Source of the DNA: Harriotta raleighana
Taxonomy: Eukaryota
DNA: 64,000 nucleotides
Direction: 5' to 3'
Assembly: GCA_050575255.1 (NCBI GenBank)
Contig: JBNZDD010013729.1
Location: 10,455,269 to 10,519,268 of the forward strand
Part shown: in pieces, positions 1-13,216 of the stretch
How the letters are laid out: the number at the start of each line of letters is the position of its first letter
How positions within the stretch are numbered: position 1 is the first letter of the stretch
Program-made: the position numbers and the translations under genes
Notes under the pieces: model-generated
The model's input: only the letters and a program-made list of their open reading frames with translations
Told to the model about the DNA's origin: nothing
The model's database searches: none

Positions 1-2579
1 TTTTAACCTATTGTTTGACAGTTTTATACACCGGTAATGTATCATCTAATTACCATTCAAAAAAATAAAAAATTAAAAAATAATTTACCATCCCTAAGAT
101 GGACTAGTGGATAAAGGCATTAAGCCACATTGATAAGAAGATCACAGGTTTGATCTGTGCTATGTTAGCTGACCTCAGTTGGGACAGCGTTTGGTTGTGT
201 GTTGGAATTAGAATCCTGGACTGAGGAGGAAGATGGATTTTTTTTTTAAGTCAGGGTTCCTGCACCTGATTGAACTCCGATGGCTTCTGATAGAACGTAT
301 GTGGCTGAGCGGTAGGTGAGGAATTGACTGTGACACCCTTTGAGGTCAAATTAACTACTACTGGCTGACTGAATAAAGGTAATTTGGATGTGGCACCGAA
401 GCCTGCCTGTGTAACTGCCCCCAGGAAGTCGATGCTTTTGAGATAAAATTGGTTTCAAAAAATAAATTTAATTCAGGGGAATATTTTCACTTTGATACTT
501 ATCTAGATATCAATCTTTCAATACAATATATGCTCGTACTTATTTGTTGCCTTAATTTAATCACTTCCATAACCTTGTGTTTGAAAAATGTAATTTACAA
601 TGTAAACTTGTAAACTTTTGTCAAATTTAAAATAAATAAATTGCTGACTAAGTCAGAGACCACGGAATTTCGAGAATTGCATTATATTAGTATTTGTAGT
701 GCCAGTAGCTTTCTTTTCTCGGCTCATTTCACAATGGTAACTGAAGATTTGACACTAGATTTAAAAAAAAAAGAAAAATGGATGTCTTATGTTCTTACAA
801 AACTCACTTAAGTGCCCAAGATCATAGATAAAGAATTTAGAATAATTTTGCAATATGTCTTGCTTGGTTACATTTCGCAGCCTCTCATTGCTTTTTTTAG
901 GATCTTTTCTAAAACTGTAAAAGTGAGTATACAATAGACTTCATGAAACCTGGGAATGAGGTATTAAAAGATTTTCTAAAAATTTGCTCTTTTTGCTATG
1001 CAGCATTTCTGGGTGGCTAAATATTGAAAGGCTTTGTAACGGAACATTAGTAGAACATATACAAATACGCTTTAATGATTAAAGAAAAATTACACAGTAA
1101 ATTCAAGTTATAGCAGATGGATTTTGAATGAGATGTGTCTTATCTAATTTCAGGCATGTGAGTGTGTTTTTATAAAACTGAAGTCTGAAATTTCAATTAG
1201 AATTGCGCTTAAATGCCATAATAAGAATATTGGTTTTATGTCAAGGTTGTATCTGAAAGATTTGTTAACCACTTTGACACAAATGCCATTGGGAGATGGA
1301 GGCTCTAAGCAGTTACTCTTGTCTGTTCAAGTCCATCAAGTGAAGCTTGTAAAAATAAATAAATGAATAAATTAAAAAAAAATTGAAGCTTGCAGGAAAA
1401 TAGTTTGCTAGATAAACTTATTAGAAATAATAATTAGGTCACCCCATCCACCATTGTTTGTGGGACAAACCTGTGCACAATTGGATGCTGTGTTTTGCCC
1501 ACACAATATATAGAGTCCTTGGGTTAAAATTGTGGCATTTAGTTTGTGTGTGTGCACACCTAAATTGCAATGTTGGTGCTGCAGTCACTCTCTTAAAAAA
1601 AAACTTGTGGAAGAGATTTTTGAATTAAATGTAAATTGCATTGAGTTATCTTGTCAATTTTTTTAAAAATCACTAAAGGCAGGCTGTATTCTGATATGCT
1701 AGCCTCAAAGCAAACCATTTTAAAAGGATATTTCTTAAAATACTGGTGTTGAAGGTGATTTGATACAATTCGATCATATTCTTCCTGGTAAAGGGATGTA
1801 TTGTTCAGCGTTACCAATAATCACTTATGTGACTTAAGTTGGTATATAAATATATATTATATAGGTGCTGTAAATTAGTTTTCCTTAGTAAATTGATTGC
1901 ATGCATATTTCATATTTACAGGTTCTGTTCATTAATAAGCTTCAATAAAATACCTGGTGTTAATTTGATGTGGCTTTTTTTGTTTGATGGCATATTACAC
2001 ATGTCTGGAAATATGGGGTTGCCTGCATTTAATCCTTCCACCCTGTTTATGTTGCTGTAAGATGTAGTCAATTGGAGTAGCAAACTGCCTTTTATAGTGT
2101 GCTCTTACTCTAATCACTTTGCCCAGGAGCTGTGAGGGCAAGGTGTTTAATTTAGGCAACATTAATGCGACTCTAGAAAATCACATGCTGGTACATACAA
2201 TCACTCCAGTTGGTTTGGAACTTGAAACAAACTCCTTAAATCGCAGGTGTGAATGGTGATGAAGCGGAAAAGATTTGTGGGATTGTCCAATTATTATGTG
2301 ATTACTCTGAAACTGTAAAATGTATAAAGCTGTTGGATTCACCGGTGAGTATTTTAATTGCTTAATTACTGAATTCATTCAAATCCAAGGAAACCGTAAT
2401 CAGATGCACCCATCTGTTGTCGCTCGTTTATCATTTATTTTTCAGAAGTGCGTTCAAATTAGTTTGCAAAATACGTTTTTTTCCCCTCCACCCCAGTGTC
2501 CCAACAATCTCCCAGCTAAAATTGGTAATTTGCTTAACATAGTCTTTTGTGACATTGCTATGTGTGTGAGTGAATTGGT

Positions 2580-2910
2580 TATAATAATAATAATAATAAT
2601 CCTTGCATTTGATATAGCGCTTTTCACATCTTATCAACGTCCCAAAGCGCTTCACAGAATATACTGTAAAGTGAATTGACTGTATATTTGTGGGCGGAAT
2701 GCGGCAGCCAATTGCGCTCAGCACTGTCCCACAAACAGTCGTGGATTGAAATGACCAATTTTATTATTGTATTTTTTTTTGGAGGGATTATTATTAGGCG
2801 TGTGGAGTAAGGAAACTTGCCCAAGGTTTTGCCCTGATCTGCCTGGATTCGAACACAGGTCTCATGCTTGTAAGGCATGTAAGGCGAGTGCTCTTACCAC
2901 TGAGCCACAG
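2580..2910 (-). mobile_element. tRNA-derived SINE (dominant family), near full length
   Basis: Reverse complement of A box, B box GTTCGAATC, CTTGGGCAAGTT, Deu-like body and (TTA)n tail. Confidence 0.88.
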
Positions 2911-4404
2911 TGGTTGCTATGTTTGTCTGCAATATACAGTTGTTGGACTTTGCAGCATATGCTGTGAAGATGCTTGAGGCATCCTGATGTGAAAGGCGCT
3001 ACTGTAAATCCAATGCAAGAGTTATTCTTATTTTGCTGTTGAATGTGCTCAGGGAAAATGGGCTCACTCAAGGAATTTGTTGACTTTTTAAAAAAGTGTC
3101 CGATAAACCCATTTAAATAAAACCATAACAATACAAATTGAATGATATTGTGATTTTTCACTGCTCTTTTCACATGCTTACCTTGTGAAAAAGCACAAAT
3201 ATCTAGTTCTGAGTTGTATTGCAAACAAATATCGTTGGCCTCTTCCATTTCCCCATATATTTGTGGTTACGGATCATTCAACTCTTATAGGCATTTCCTG
3301 ATATATCATCACTTATGCTACTTTATTAATCATCCAGCAGTCGCTCTGCCTCACCCCTCCTTGGCCTCCTTCCAAGTCCCACCTCAAGACACTCTTCGAT
3401 GGTTCCATTGGTCACTCCAAACCCCCCCCCTTACCTCTACCCTCTGTCCCCAGCTCAGATCTGAAACATTGCTGGCCAGCGCCTTGAGGCATCCTCCTAA
3501 CGTGAAAGGCATCATACAAGTGTCATTTTGTTGGTGTTATCTGTAAGCCGAGTTTTCAACAGCATTTCATCCATATCATCTGTTCAGTGGCTTATGCCAC
3601 TGAATATTTCAGTATTCATTCTAGCACACATTTTGAAGCTCCTCCTGTACCTATAATCATAAGAAGCATCTTTTTAGCAGGAAACTACTGAAGACCGATT
3701 TATTACATTTCATGACCTTTCATTTTTACTATATTATGTTTGAGAATAGTACTGTAAAATACCCAATAATAGATGATTGTGTAGAAACAGACTTGTAACC
3801 AAATTCTGTACTATCAAAACTATCTTTAAGAATTCATGACATAAAATTTGACATGAGAAATAAGGATAAACGAGGAAGATAACATAAATCCAGTTCCTCG
3901 GGTACATAATGCATATATTTTCGGCGCATGCAGCAAAATCCAATTACATTTACTAAAGCCTAGGATAATTCTGAAAGTGGTAACAGAAACTTTAAACTAC
4001 TAATTTTTATATTTAAAAACACACAAACAGCCACATTGTGTTGACATACAAATTGTGATATAGTACAAGCTGTGCTCACTCTTGCATGTTTTGTCAATGC
4101 GTTGCTGATCCTTGAACTTAATATAGTATCAAGCGTTGAGATGTCTCGACCTGATAAGGCGCTGAATTATGTGCAAGAATTATTATTATTTGCAATCCCA
4201 GATGAACTGTAAGTGGCTTCGAAAGACTGCAGGAAAGAAAACTGTTTATCTGGTTTAAAATTGTTTCCTCCACACGATAGCTCAGTAGTTTAGAAATCCC
4301 ATGATCAATGTAATTGATGGCATAGAGCATGTATTGGATTCCCAGCAGGAATCTTATTGCAGAGAATTATATCAGGAGAGCCAGGTGGATCATCGCAGGC
4401 AAGA

Positions 4405-4412
4405 TATATAAA
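4405..4412 (+). promoter_or_regulatory. Candidate TATA box of V2R-like gene 1
   Basis: TATATAAA about 50 nt upstream of ATG 4462; TAATTG homeodomain-type site at 4311-4316. Confidence 0.4.
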
Positions 4413-4461
4413 CGGAGGAAGTTACCTTGTTCCTAAGAGTCATTCCTTTGATTCTTCCAGA

Positions 4462-4679
4462 ATGTGTTGCCATTTGAACGTTTGTCTTTTATTGTTTTAT
4501 TTGAAGTTTTGGGTGTCCTGCGATATTCCCTCCCGCTGTAAACCACAAGGATTTACAACCTGCGGAGTCCTGCAAGATGGCGATGTGATTATTGGGGGAG
4601 CTTTCCCACTCCATGGTTCCAACGATGTCTTTGATTTTCCTTACACATCTCAACCAGCCCAAAAATTGTGCGATTACCG
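4462..4679 (+). CDS. V2R-like gene 1 exon 1 (signal peptide, start of Venus flytrap)
   Basis: MCCHLNVCLLLFYLKFWVSC...GDVIIGGAFPLH motif; donor CG|GTAAGT; 218 nt. Confidence 0.88.
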
Positions 4680-5505
4680 GTAAGTATTAGTCAGACAAGT
4701 TCACAGTTTTGATTGGTTGTCGCTCGTCTCTTAACGCTTAAACAGCAGATACAAAAAAATTTCCCACATAAATCAACGTGACTATGCTTAGATTTGGGGT
4801 CTCTAATTAGCCAATTTGTATATGTATCTCAAGTTGTTTATTATTATTATTTGTATTCATTCAGGAAACTAGCAACCAAACAGCTGTTTTGCATTGCATA
4901 TATGGTCCTTAATTAGCCTCACTGTCTTGAGAAATTCAACAGCGAACTGACTATTTAATATTCAGAACAATAGAAAGTAAGTTGGGTGAATTGTGTTTGC
5001 AATGGGGCACAAGGGTTGAGGAATCAAGAGAGCTTGTTATTCCGAATTTCTGCGTAGATTCCATTCAGTTTTTATGTGTTAATAATCCCTCCAATAAAAA
5101 AAATTGGTCATTTCAATCCACGACTGTTTGTGGGACCCTGCTGTGCGCAAAATGGCTGCCACGTTTCGCCCACAAATATACAGTAAATTCACATTATAAT
5201 ATATCTGTGAAGCGCTTTGAGACATCTAGAAGATGTGAAAAGCACTTTATCAAATGCACATTATTATATCGCAGTCGTAATTTAAGCATATTATTTTTAC
5301 ATTGGATTTAACTTTTTGGTTTAAAAACTCATTTTCCAAACTTGAAACAATGCTTCAAGATTCAATACAGTACTCACAAAATGATACAGATATGGCTTCT
5401 ATATAGCTGAGAATTTTATGGTATATTTTTAACCTTGTGTGTCTCAAACATTGAGATTACACTCCCCGTGAAATAACTAACTAACTGAGATTTCCTGTTC
5501 TCAAG

Positions 5506-5797
5506 TTTTGATGTTAGGACTTACCGTTGGATGCAAGAAATGGTCTTCACAGTGGATAGGATAAATCAAGATCCAGAGTTATTACCGAATGTAACTTTGG
5601 GCTATGACATCTATGATACCTGTTATAATATTCCCAAGACTATAGAGAATACGTTTACACTGATGTCCAGCGAGGAAATGTTCACACCGATGTACCAGTG
5701 CAAGTTAAACTCCTCTTTGGCTGCAGTAGTGGGTGGTTCGATTTCAACTGTTTCAATAGCGATGGCGTCAGTACTTGGGATCTATCTTTATCCTCAG
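5506..5797 (+). CDS. V2R-like gene 1 exon 2
   Basis: TCAAG| acceptor with CTAAC branch-like motif upstream; FDVRTYRWMQ...INQDPELLPNVTLGYDIYDTC...YPQ|GT; 292 nt, same as gene 2. Confidence 0.93.
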
Positions 5798-6390
5798 GTA
5801 AAAAAAAACTTCGAGCTGCAAATGTTCTATTTAAAGGCAAGGATAGCAAAACAGAAATTACAGAACAGTTATACTTTGTGGAGTCCTGTAGCTCGATGAT
5901 TTGGCTACTGCAGTTTGGCCACAAATATATAATCAATTCACTTTACAGTTTATTCTGTGAAGCGCTATGATACGTCTTGAGGATGTGATAAGGTGCTACT
6001 TCAAATGCAAGCATTACTAGTGTTATTATTACCCCTGATTCTGCTAGCTGGTATTTTGTATCTGCCCAGTTGTCCAGTTTCAAAAATTCTACAAGTATGT
6101 TTCTGAGCAGAGCCTGATTCACTTTGTATCACCTGCATATATACACCAGTGTTTCAAATACACACCAATTGTTAAATAAAATTACTTACTAGGTAGGTAT
6201 GGCTATTTTATATGGCGATGATTTCTAAAGCAGGATGTTCTGCGCCTTGGAACGTCCTCCCGATGTGAGGCGCTCTATAAATGTAATTTTGTTGTTGTTC
6301 TTGTACCATTAGGCTGCTGATTTGCCCGACTTTAGTATTTAATGAAGATTCTGATTACCTGTCTCACTGTTTTCCATTGTTATTTTGCAG

Positions 6391-7263
6391 ATTAGTTACT
6401 TGTCTTCAGCCCCAATTCTCAGCAATAAAAAACAATTTCCTTCTTTTTTCCGCACTATGCCAAGTGATGTATTTCAATCCAAAGCCTTTGTGCTGATTGT
6501 CAAGCAGTTTGGCTGGAATTGGGTGGGAGTGTTAGCAGATGACACTGACTACGACTTGCAAGCGGTTCAGATCTTTAGCAAAGAGGCTAAAAACCTTGAT
6601 GTGTGCATTGCCTTTTCTGAGAAGATCCCAGTCACGTACTCGAGAGAAAAATATCTTCGAATTGTCGACACCATAAAAGCATCGTCTGCAAAAGTTATAG
6701 TCGCTTTCTCTTGCGATATCAACATAATTCCATTGCTTGACGAGATTGTTCAACAAAACATAACAAACAGAACATGGCTGGCCAGCGTAGGCTGGAGTAC
6801 ATCAAGTCCACTGTTTCTTATTGAAAAGAAGCACTCTAAACATTGGATTGGCACGATTGGACTCGCACTCCCACAGTGCCACATTGAAGGCCTTCAACAG
6901 TTTCTCTTTCAGCTTCACCCGTTGATGCCAACTCATGATATCTATCTTCCTGAGCTGTGGGAAGCCGTGTTTGACTGCTCGTGGGCAGGTTTCCTTCAGC
7001 AAGGCAAACAACGTGAATTCAATCAAGTCACCTCCGATCCATTGTCCGACGCAACTGCTAAGAAACCCTGCACAGGGCTGGAAAACCTGAGGGATGCCAA
7101 CCATTCCTTCACAGATGTCACCAACCTGCGGGTCTCGTGCAATGTGCATAATGCGGTGTATTCAGTGGGGTATGCCCTACACGACCTGCTGTCGTGCGTT
7201 GACGGAAAGGGGCCTTTTGAGAACGGAACTTGTGCAAATATACATGACTTTGAGCCGTGGCAG
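6391..7263 (+). CDS. V2R-like gene 1 exon 3 (Venus flytrap)
   Basis: TTGCAG|ISY...FPSFFRTMPSD...FGWNWVG...FEPWQ|GTCAGT; 873 nt. Confidence 0.95.
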
Positions 7264-7654
7264 GTCAGTTCTCTACAGTCGCTTTTCATCCCCACAACAG
7301 CAACAACAAACAACCAAGTTACATTTACAGAGCGCTTTTTGCGTCGGGGAGAACCGTCGCATCAAGTTTAAATAACAAGAGTTTCAGGGAACAAAAGGAG
7401 GCCATTTAGATCCTCGTGTCTGTGCTGGCTCTTTTGAAGAGATTCCAATTAGTCCTACTCCCCCACATATTCCCCATAATCTTTCTTTTCAAGGATATTG
7501 CTGTAATGACTTCAAAGAAGGCAGTGGGAGTTTAAGATATTGTGGGAAAAGTATGGAGGTTTATTTTTGGGTTTGAGCTGGGTTGGAACAACAAATTCTG
7601 ATGCTCCAAATAAGATTGTGGACAGATGAAGCCTCTCACACATTTTAAATGTCA

Positions 7655-8055
7655 AAAGATTAAAGATTTCAAGATCCTCACTCTTGTGTTCAAATCCCTC
7701 CACTCCTCTGCAACCCCCCTACCTCTCTAACCTCCTCTCCTCACAACAGCACCCATTGCCTTAACTCTACCGGGTCTGGCCTCCTCCTTGTCCCCTGAAT
7801 CCTTCTTTCCACCTTCGCAAGCCATGCCTTCAGCCACTACGCCCCGAGGCTTTGGAATTTCCTTCCTCACTTCCTTCACCTCGTCTCCTCTCTTCCTATT
7901 TTCAGGTCACGTCTAAAGATCTTCTTTTTCGACCATGGTTTTGGTCATGTTTTGCCCCCTGGCTTGGCCCCAGGATCCATTATTGTGAAGCACTCTGAGA
8001 CGCCATCCGGGGTGAAGAGGGGGAGGGCGCGGTATGAATCCAAGTTGTTATTGAT
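7655..8055 (+). mobile_element. L2-type LINE 3' fragment (gene 1 intron 3)
   Basis: FKILTLVFKSLH...AFSHYAPRLWNFLP ORF2 C-terminal motifs; TTG-repeat tail. Confidence 0.8.
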
Positions 8056-8146
8056 GTTAAAGAGCAATAAGCAACAGAAAGGGAAGTGATTTTATTGACC
8101 ACATGCTTTTCTAGTGATTCTGCTTTGCCATGCGTTTCTCCTCCAG

Positions 8147-8374
8147 CTGTTGCATTACATGAAGAGAGTGCGTTTTATGGATATGTCAAAAAACGAGCAG
8201 ATGTTTGATGAGGACGGGGATGTTGCTGGCATATACGATGTCATCAATTGGCAAGTAACTGCGGACGGCATCATAAACTTTGTGAAAATAGGAAGTTACG
8301 ATTCTCGGAAATCTCCGGGGCATCAGCTCACCATTGGAGACCAAGAGATCATCTGGAAAAATAGTGAACTAGAG
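8147..8374 (+). CDS. V2R-like gene 1 exon 4
   Basis: CTCCAG|LLHYMKRVRF...FDEDGD...YDVINWQ...|GTGTGT; 228 nt. Confidence 0.92.
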
Positions 8375-9371
8375 GTGTGTTTTCTGAGCAAGATATACTG
8401 CAGATTACTGTTAAATCAAGGCGCAATACAAGTCAAAGGAAGCAATCCACGACTGTTTGTGGGAAGCTGCTGTGCACAGTCGGCTGCCACGTTTCCCCCC
8501 CACAAAAATATATGTACAGTGAATCCAATTTGCAGTATTTTCTGAGAGGCGCTTGGAGGCGTCTCGAAGACGTGATTAAGGCTCTGTATCAAATGCAAGG
8601 TCTATCAATATTATTGTTGAGGTAAAAATATTAACATTTTTATTTATTTATTTATTATATTTATATAGCATGACTGAGTGGCTTCTCAATTGNTATTAAC
8701 ATTTTTATTTATTTATTATATTTATATAGCATGACTGAGTGGCTTCTCAATTGTTTGAAAGAAATTACTAAACACGCACAGCTCTCTTATCATTTCAGAT
8801 TAGTGTATAGTTCTCACAGATATAGTGAAAACATTGGAAAATATCCTTTCTCTTGCACTCTCTCTTTCTCTCTCTCTCATATTCTCATTGCTCTGCTCAA
8901 CGAATACAAATGTTGCTCATTGAAGTTGTTCAAATTTTCTTCCTCTGGTTTCACTGCAGTTGGCTCTGATTCCAAAGCACAATGTGTAGAGAAAGGTCAG
9001 TGGCCAGGAGCCTTTATAAGAAATGATTCCATTGACAAATAGCCACCTGGAAATGGATACCAGCCCCTTGGAACATATTGGACTGAGGCTTCTGTGCATT
9101 TCTAAATCTTCAGATGGAAGTTGGCTCGTCAAAGTTGCTTATAAGAATATCCCCCAAATCTAGCAGTGTGGCGGCCAATAAATATTCTGGATAAGTCATT
9201 CAGTCACCTCATAGTTTGTTGTCGAGGTAATGTCTGCCTCACTTCCCTGGAAAGTGAGTTGTTAGACCTGACAGAAAGGGCTCTATAGCAGTGCAAGCGA
9301 TTGATGTTGTTGAGCTGTTTAATTTGTGTCCTCTGGTCACATTTATTATATGTGTGATAAATGAATAGTGA

Positions 9372-9716
9372 AATAATAATAATAATAACAATCGTTGAAT
9401 TTATATAGCTCTTTTCATGTTTTATCAATGTCTCAAAGTGCTTCACAGAATATACTGTAAAGTGAATTGACTATATTTCTGGCAACCAAAAACGCGGCAA
9501 CCAATTGCGCACAGCAGCGTCCCCACAAACAGTTGTGGATTGAAATGACCAATTTTATTATTGTAGTTTCTTTGGAGGGATTATTTTGTGTATTATTATC
9601 TAACACAGCGTGGAATAAGGAAACTTGCCCAAGGTTTCGTCCTGACCTGCCTGGATTCGAACAGGTCTCATACTTGTTCGGCAATTGCTCTAACCACTGA
9701 ACTACAGGACTCCACT
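9372..9716 (-). mobile_element. tRNA-derived SINE (gene 1 intron 4)
   Basis: Same family consensus, head GTGGAGTCCTGTAG on minus strand. Confidence 0.88.
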
Positions 9717-9848
9717 AATAAGGGTGTGAGTGAGACTATGTGTTGGTAACACTGGAGCAAATAAGATCACCAACACCTACAAACGCATTGTTTCAATGGC
9801 GGGCTCATCTTGTCTTATGGTCTTGTCTTATTTTTTTGTCTTATCAAG

Positions 9849-9972
9849 GTGCCCCAGTCTGCGTGCAGTGAAGCCTGTCTCCCAGGAACAAGACAAATAG
9901 TTCACCCAGGACAGGCTCGATGCTGCTTTGATTGTGTTGCATGCGCAGACGAATATATCTCAAATGGCACAG
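9849..9972 (+). CDS. V2R-like gene 1 exon 5 (Cys-rich domain; absent from ORF track)
   Basis: CAAG|VPQSACSEACLPGTRQIVHPGQARCCFDCVACADEYISNGT|GTAACT; 124 nt. Confidence 0.93.
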
Positions 9973-10530
9973 GTAACTGCTGTTGAACACTGGTTCAATG
10001 CCAACAGGCTGTGTGTATGGGTTGGAGCATATAATTGTGACGGTTTCTGCTGAAGATCGTAGGGAGGTAATGATAGATTTGGTGGGGTGAAGAACAAGGA
10101 CAATTTTCAGAATCCTGTGTGCTATATTCTGACCAAATAAGAAGAGCTGCCTGGGTTTATAGTGAGAGAGAGAGAGAAGTATCAATTGGAACATGTATTT
10201 GTAGGAGTTGATGTGCCAGGTTGCTACTGTGTTGAACGCATGAATCTCTTTGAGAAAAGATAGAAAATGTAAGTGGAAAAATGTCCCTGGAATGAGTTAG
10301 AATCTCATGCGGTAAAAACTAACACTACAGTAACTGACCCTGAAACAGAGCAGGTTCTCCTTGCAATACATTATACAGGGTGACCAAAAGGTTGCGATAA
10401 CATTACAATGTCTAATAAGTCTGATATTTGTAATGATAATTGGGTAGTTATCATGACTTTTTGGTCACGTTGAACATTCAGGCCTGATACCCAGGCATTC
10501 AATCTTGTGTTCGGTAAATCCATTGTTAAC

Positions 10531-10820
10531 AATAATAATAATAATCCTTGCATTTCACATAGCGCTTTTCACATCTTATCGACGTCTCAAAGTGCTTCAC
10601 AGAGTATATTGTAAAGTGCATTGACTGTATATTTGTGGGAGAAAGGCGGAAGCCAATTGCGCACAACATTGTCCCACAAACAGTCGTGGATTGAAATGAC
10701 CAATTTTATTTTTGTGGTTTTTTTGGGGGGAGAGATTATTATTAGGCATGTGTGTGTGTGTGAGTAAGGAAACGTGCCCACAGTTTCATCCTGATCTGCC
10801 TGGATTCGAACACAGCTTTC
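10531..10820 (-). mobile_element. tRNA-derived SINE (gene 1 intron 5)
   Basis: Same family, head truncated near B box. Confidence 0.85.
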
Positions 10821-10880
10821 ACTCACGGCCTTGATTCACTCATCTGCTGGTTTTAAATCTTGTTCCTTCATGTTTCACAG

Positions 10881-11776
10881 AATGTATGCAGTGCCCTGAA
10901 GATTACTGGTCCAACCAAAAGACGGATGAATGTCTGCCAAAGGAGATTGAATTTCTATCCTTTGAAGAGCCGCTTGGAGTGTTCTTGACAGTTTTCTCAC
11001 TGTTGGGTGCTGCGATTACTGTTGCGATAATAGTTGTATTTGTAAAGTACTTCAATACACCCATTGTACGAGCTAATAACTACGAACTTAGCTTCATTCT
11101 GCTCTTCTCTCTGATGTTGTGTTTCTTGTGTTGTCTTACATTCATCGGTGAGCCAACGGTGGAGTTCTGCATGCTCCAGCAAATGGGATTTTGTATCAGT
11201 TTCGCCCTCTGCGTCTCATGTATTCTTGTTAAAACTATTGTGGTGGTGCTGGCTTTTAAGATGACAGCGCCCAACCAAAATTTGTTCAAGTGCTTTCGGC
11301 TCATCCATCAACGACTAGTTGTTATATCCTTGACGTTGGTTCAGATCGGGATATCCCTAGGATTCCTGATGACGTCACCACTGGCCGTGCACAGGAACAC
11401 TCAGGCAGTCATAGGAAAGATCATTTTAGAATGTAACACGGAATCTAGATTTGCTTTGGTTGGCGATTTAGGATACATTGGGATCTTAGCTGTCCTGTGC
11501 TTTATTTTGGCCTTTCTGGCCCGAAAGTTGCCTAACAATTTCAACGAGGCTAAGTTTATCACTTTTAGTTTGCTCCTCTTTTTCGTTGTGTGGTTGTCCT
11601 TCATCCCGGCTCACATCAGCAGTAAAGGGAAATACCTGGTGGCAGTGGAGATATTTGCTATTCTATCCTCAACCTTTGGTCTTCTTGCCTTAATTTTCTT
11701 CCCCAAATGTTATGTTATTTTGATGAGACCTGAATTGAATACAAAATATGGTTTGATGGGTCAGGCTCCACCATGA
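10881..11776 (+). CDS. V2R-like gene 1 exon 6 (7TM domain)
   Basis: CACAG|..CMQCPEDYWSN...TPIVRANNYELSF...ARKLPNNFNEAKFITFS...AVEIFAIL...PKCYVIL, stop TGA. Confidence 0.93.
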
Positions 11777-12520
11777 ATATCTATCTAGAAGGTGAAGTAA
11801 ATTATTATTTTTACTATTACGTCCTTAGCGAGCAGTTCCTATACTCATTTTTTTCTCATGTTTGACTTTCACTACTTGCTATCCTATGCCCAGATGTGTA
11901 ATACAGTAGCGCCATTTGAATGTAGAGAGAGATTGAGAGAAAGACAGAGTACGAAAGAGACAGAAAGGAGTGTGAAATCAAGGCTTTCACGAAGTCTGAG
12001 TGAACTTTGACTTGGCTGCTATCCTCTTAACGTTTCCTTGCACCTAAAATAGTTGCAAGCATGTGATTTATCCAGTTAAAACTTGTCAGCCATGCTATTG
12101 TCACAAGAACATATTTGTTGTGAATCATGTGATGGGATCCAGAACTAATTAAATGACTGAGATACATACACACAGAACTGGCTGTGTTTTAAGATGATTT
12201 ATTTTTGGTAAACATTTAGTAATGCATGAGCGGATCGAGGTGATTCAGAAAGACTCAAAGATACTTGTTGTAGTTTTAAAGTGGATCTATAAATCCTGGA
12301 AGCTTTTTAAGATATTTTCCACATACTTTATATGAATCTTCTAAATATCAATTATCACATTCATATTGGTACATTTTTTGAAAAGGGAAATCATTTCAAA
12401 AGGTAACATACATTTGTGTTGTGAATAGCAGTTAATGGCATTGTATGTTTGCTTTTATATGACTGATTGTACTGTGTGTGCTTACTTATTCCAGTATATA
12501 TTATGTAGCTGTGGCTTTAT

Positions 12521-12526
12521 AATAAA
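12521..12526 (+). terminator. Candidate polyadenylation signal of gene 1
   Basis: AATAAA about 750 nt after the stop, GT-rich sequence downstream. Confidence 0.35.
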
Positions 12527-12751
12527 CAAAGAAGAACTACTTTAAACCTTTGGGGTGCAGAGTGTGATGTTTCATAACCGATTTCATCAACAACCCACCT
12601 TGAGAAACGCTGGCTCACTTACAGATCTGAAGTGTAATTTTGTGTAAAAGTGTAATTTCAGGATTTCCTAAACTAAATAACCTATTTATTGTTTGTCTGG
12701 TGCAGTTCCCCAAATGAACACGATTGTGGTTTCTCTAAAAGTTTCTTATTT

Positions 12752-13042
12752 ATTAATAATAATAATCCTCACATTTGATATAGCGCTTTTCACATTGTCT
12801 AGATGTCTCAAAGCGCTTAACTGTAAAGTGAATTGACTGTGTATATGTGGGTGAAACAGAGCAGCCAATTGTACACAGCAGTGTCCCACCAACAGTTGTC
12901 GATTGATTAATTTTTTTTGGAGGGATTATTATCAGACATGAAGAGTAAGGATCCTTGCTCAAGGTTTCATCCTGCCTGGAATTGAGCCCACATCTCTCGC
13001 TTATAAAGCGAATCCTCTAACCACTGAGCTGCAGAACTCCAC
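12752..13042 (-). mobile_element. tRNA-derived SINE
   Basis: Same family consensus. Confidence 0.85.
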
Positions 13043-13216
13043 ACAAGATTTTATAGAAACCACCATACTGTTCGGAATGGAATAAAATAAACTCATATTT
13101 AAATAATAATAATAAATTGGTCACTTCAATGCACGACTGTTTGTGGGGACACTGCTTGGCGCAATTGGCTGCTGTGTTTTGCCCACAAAATATACAGTCA
13201 ATTCACTTCACAGTAC

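Larger units (their letters stand above)
4462..11776 (+). other. Gene model: V2R/OlfC-type (CaSR-like) family C GPCR, 6 coding exons, 876 aa
   Basis: join(4462..4679,5506..5797,6391..7263,8147..8374,9849..9972,10881..11776) = 2631 nt, open, all introns GT-AG, phases 2,0,0,0,1; signal peptide, Venus flytrap, Cys-rich domain and 7TM. Confidence 0.93.

Noticed and set aside
1-1420. 3' UTR of an upstream gene such as GMPS (several AATAAA motifs)
   Set aside because: Suggested only by expected synteny; no coding exon in the window supports it
8629-8753. About 60-bp tandem duplication around N at 8693
   Set aside because: Near-identical copies meeting at a single N indicate an unmerged contig overlap
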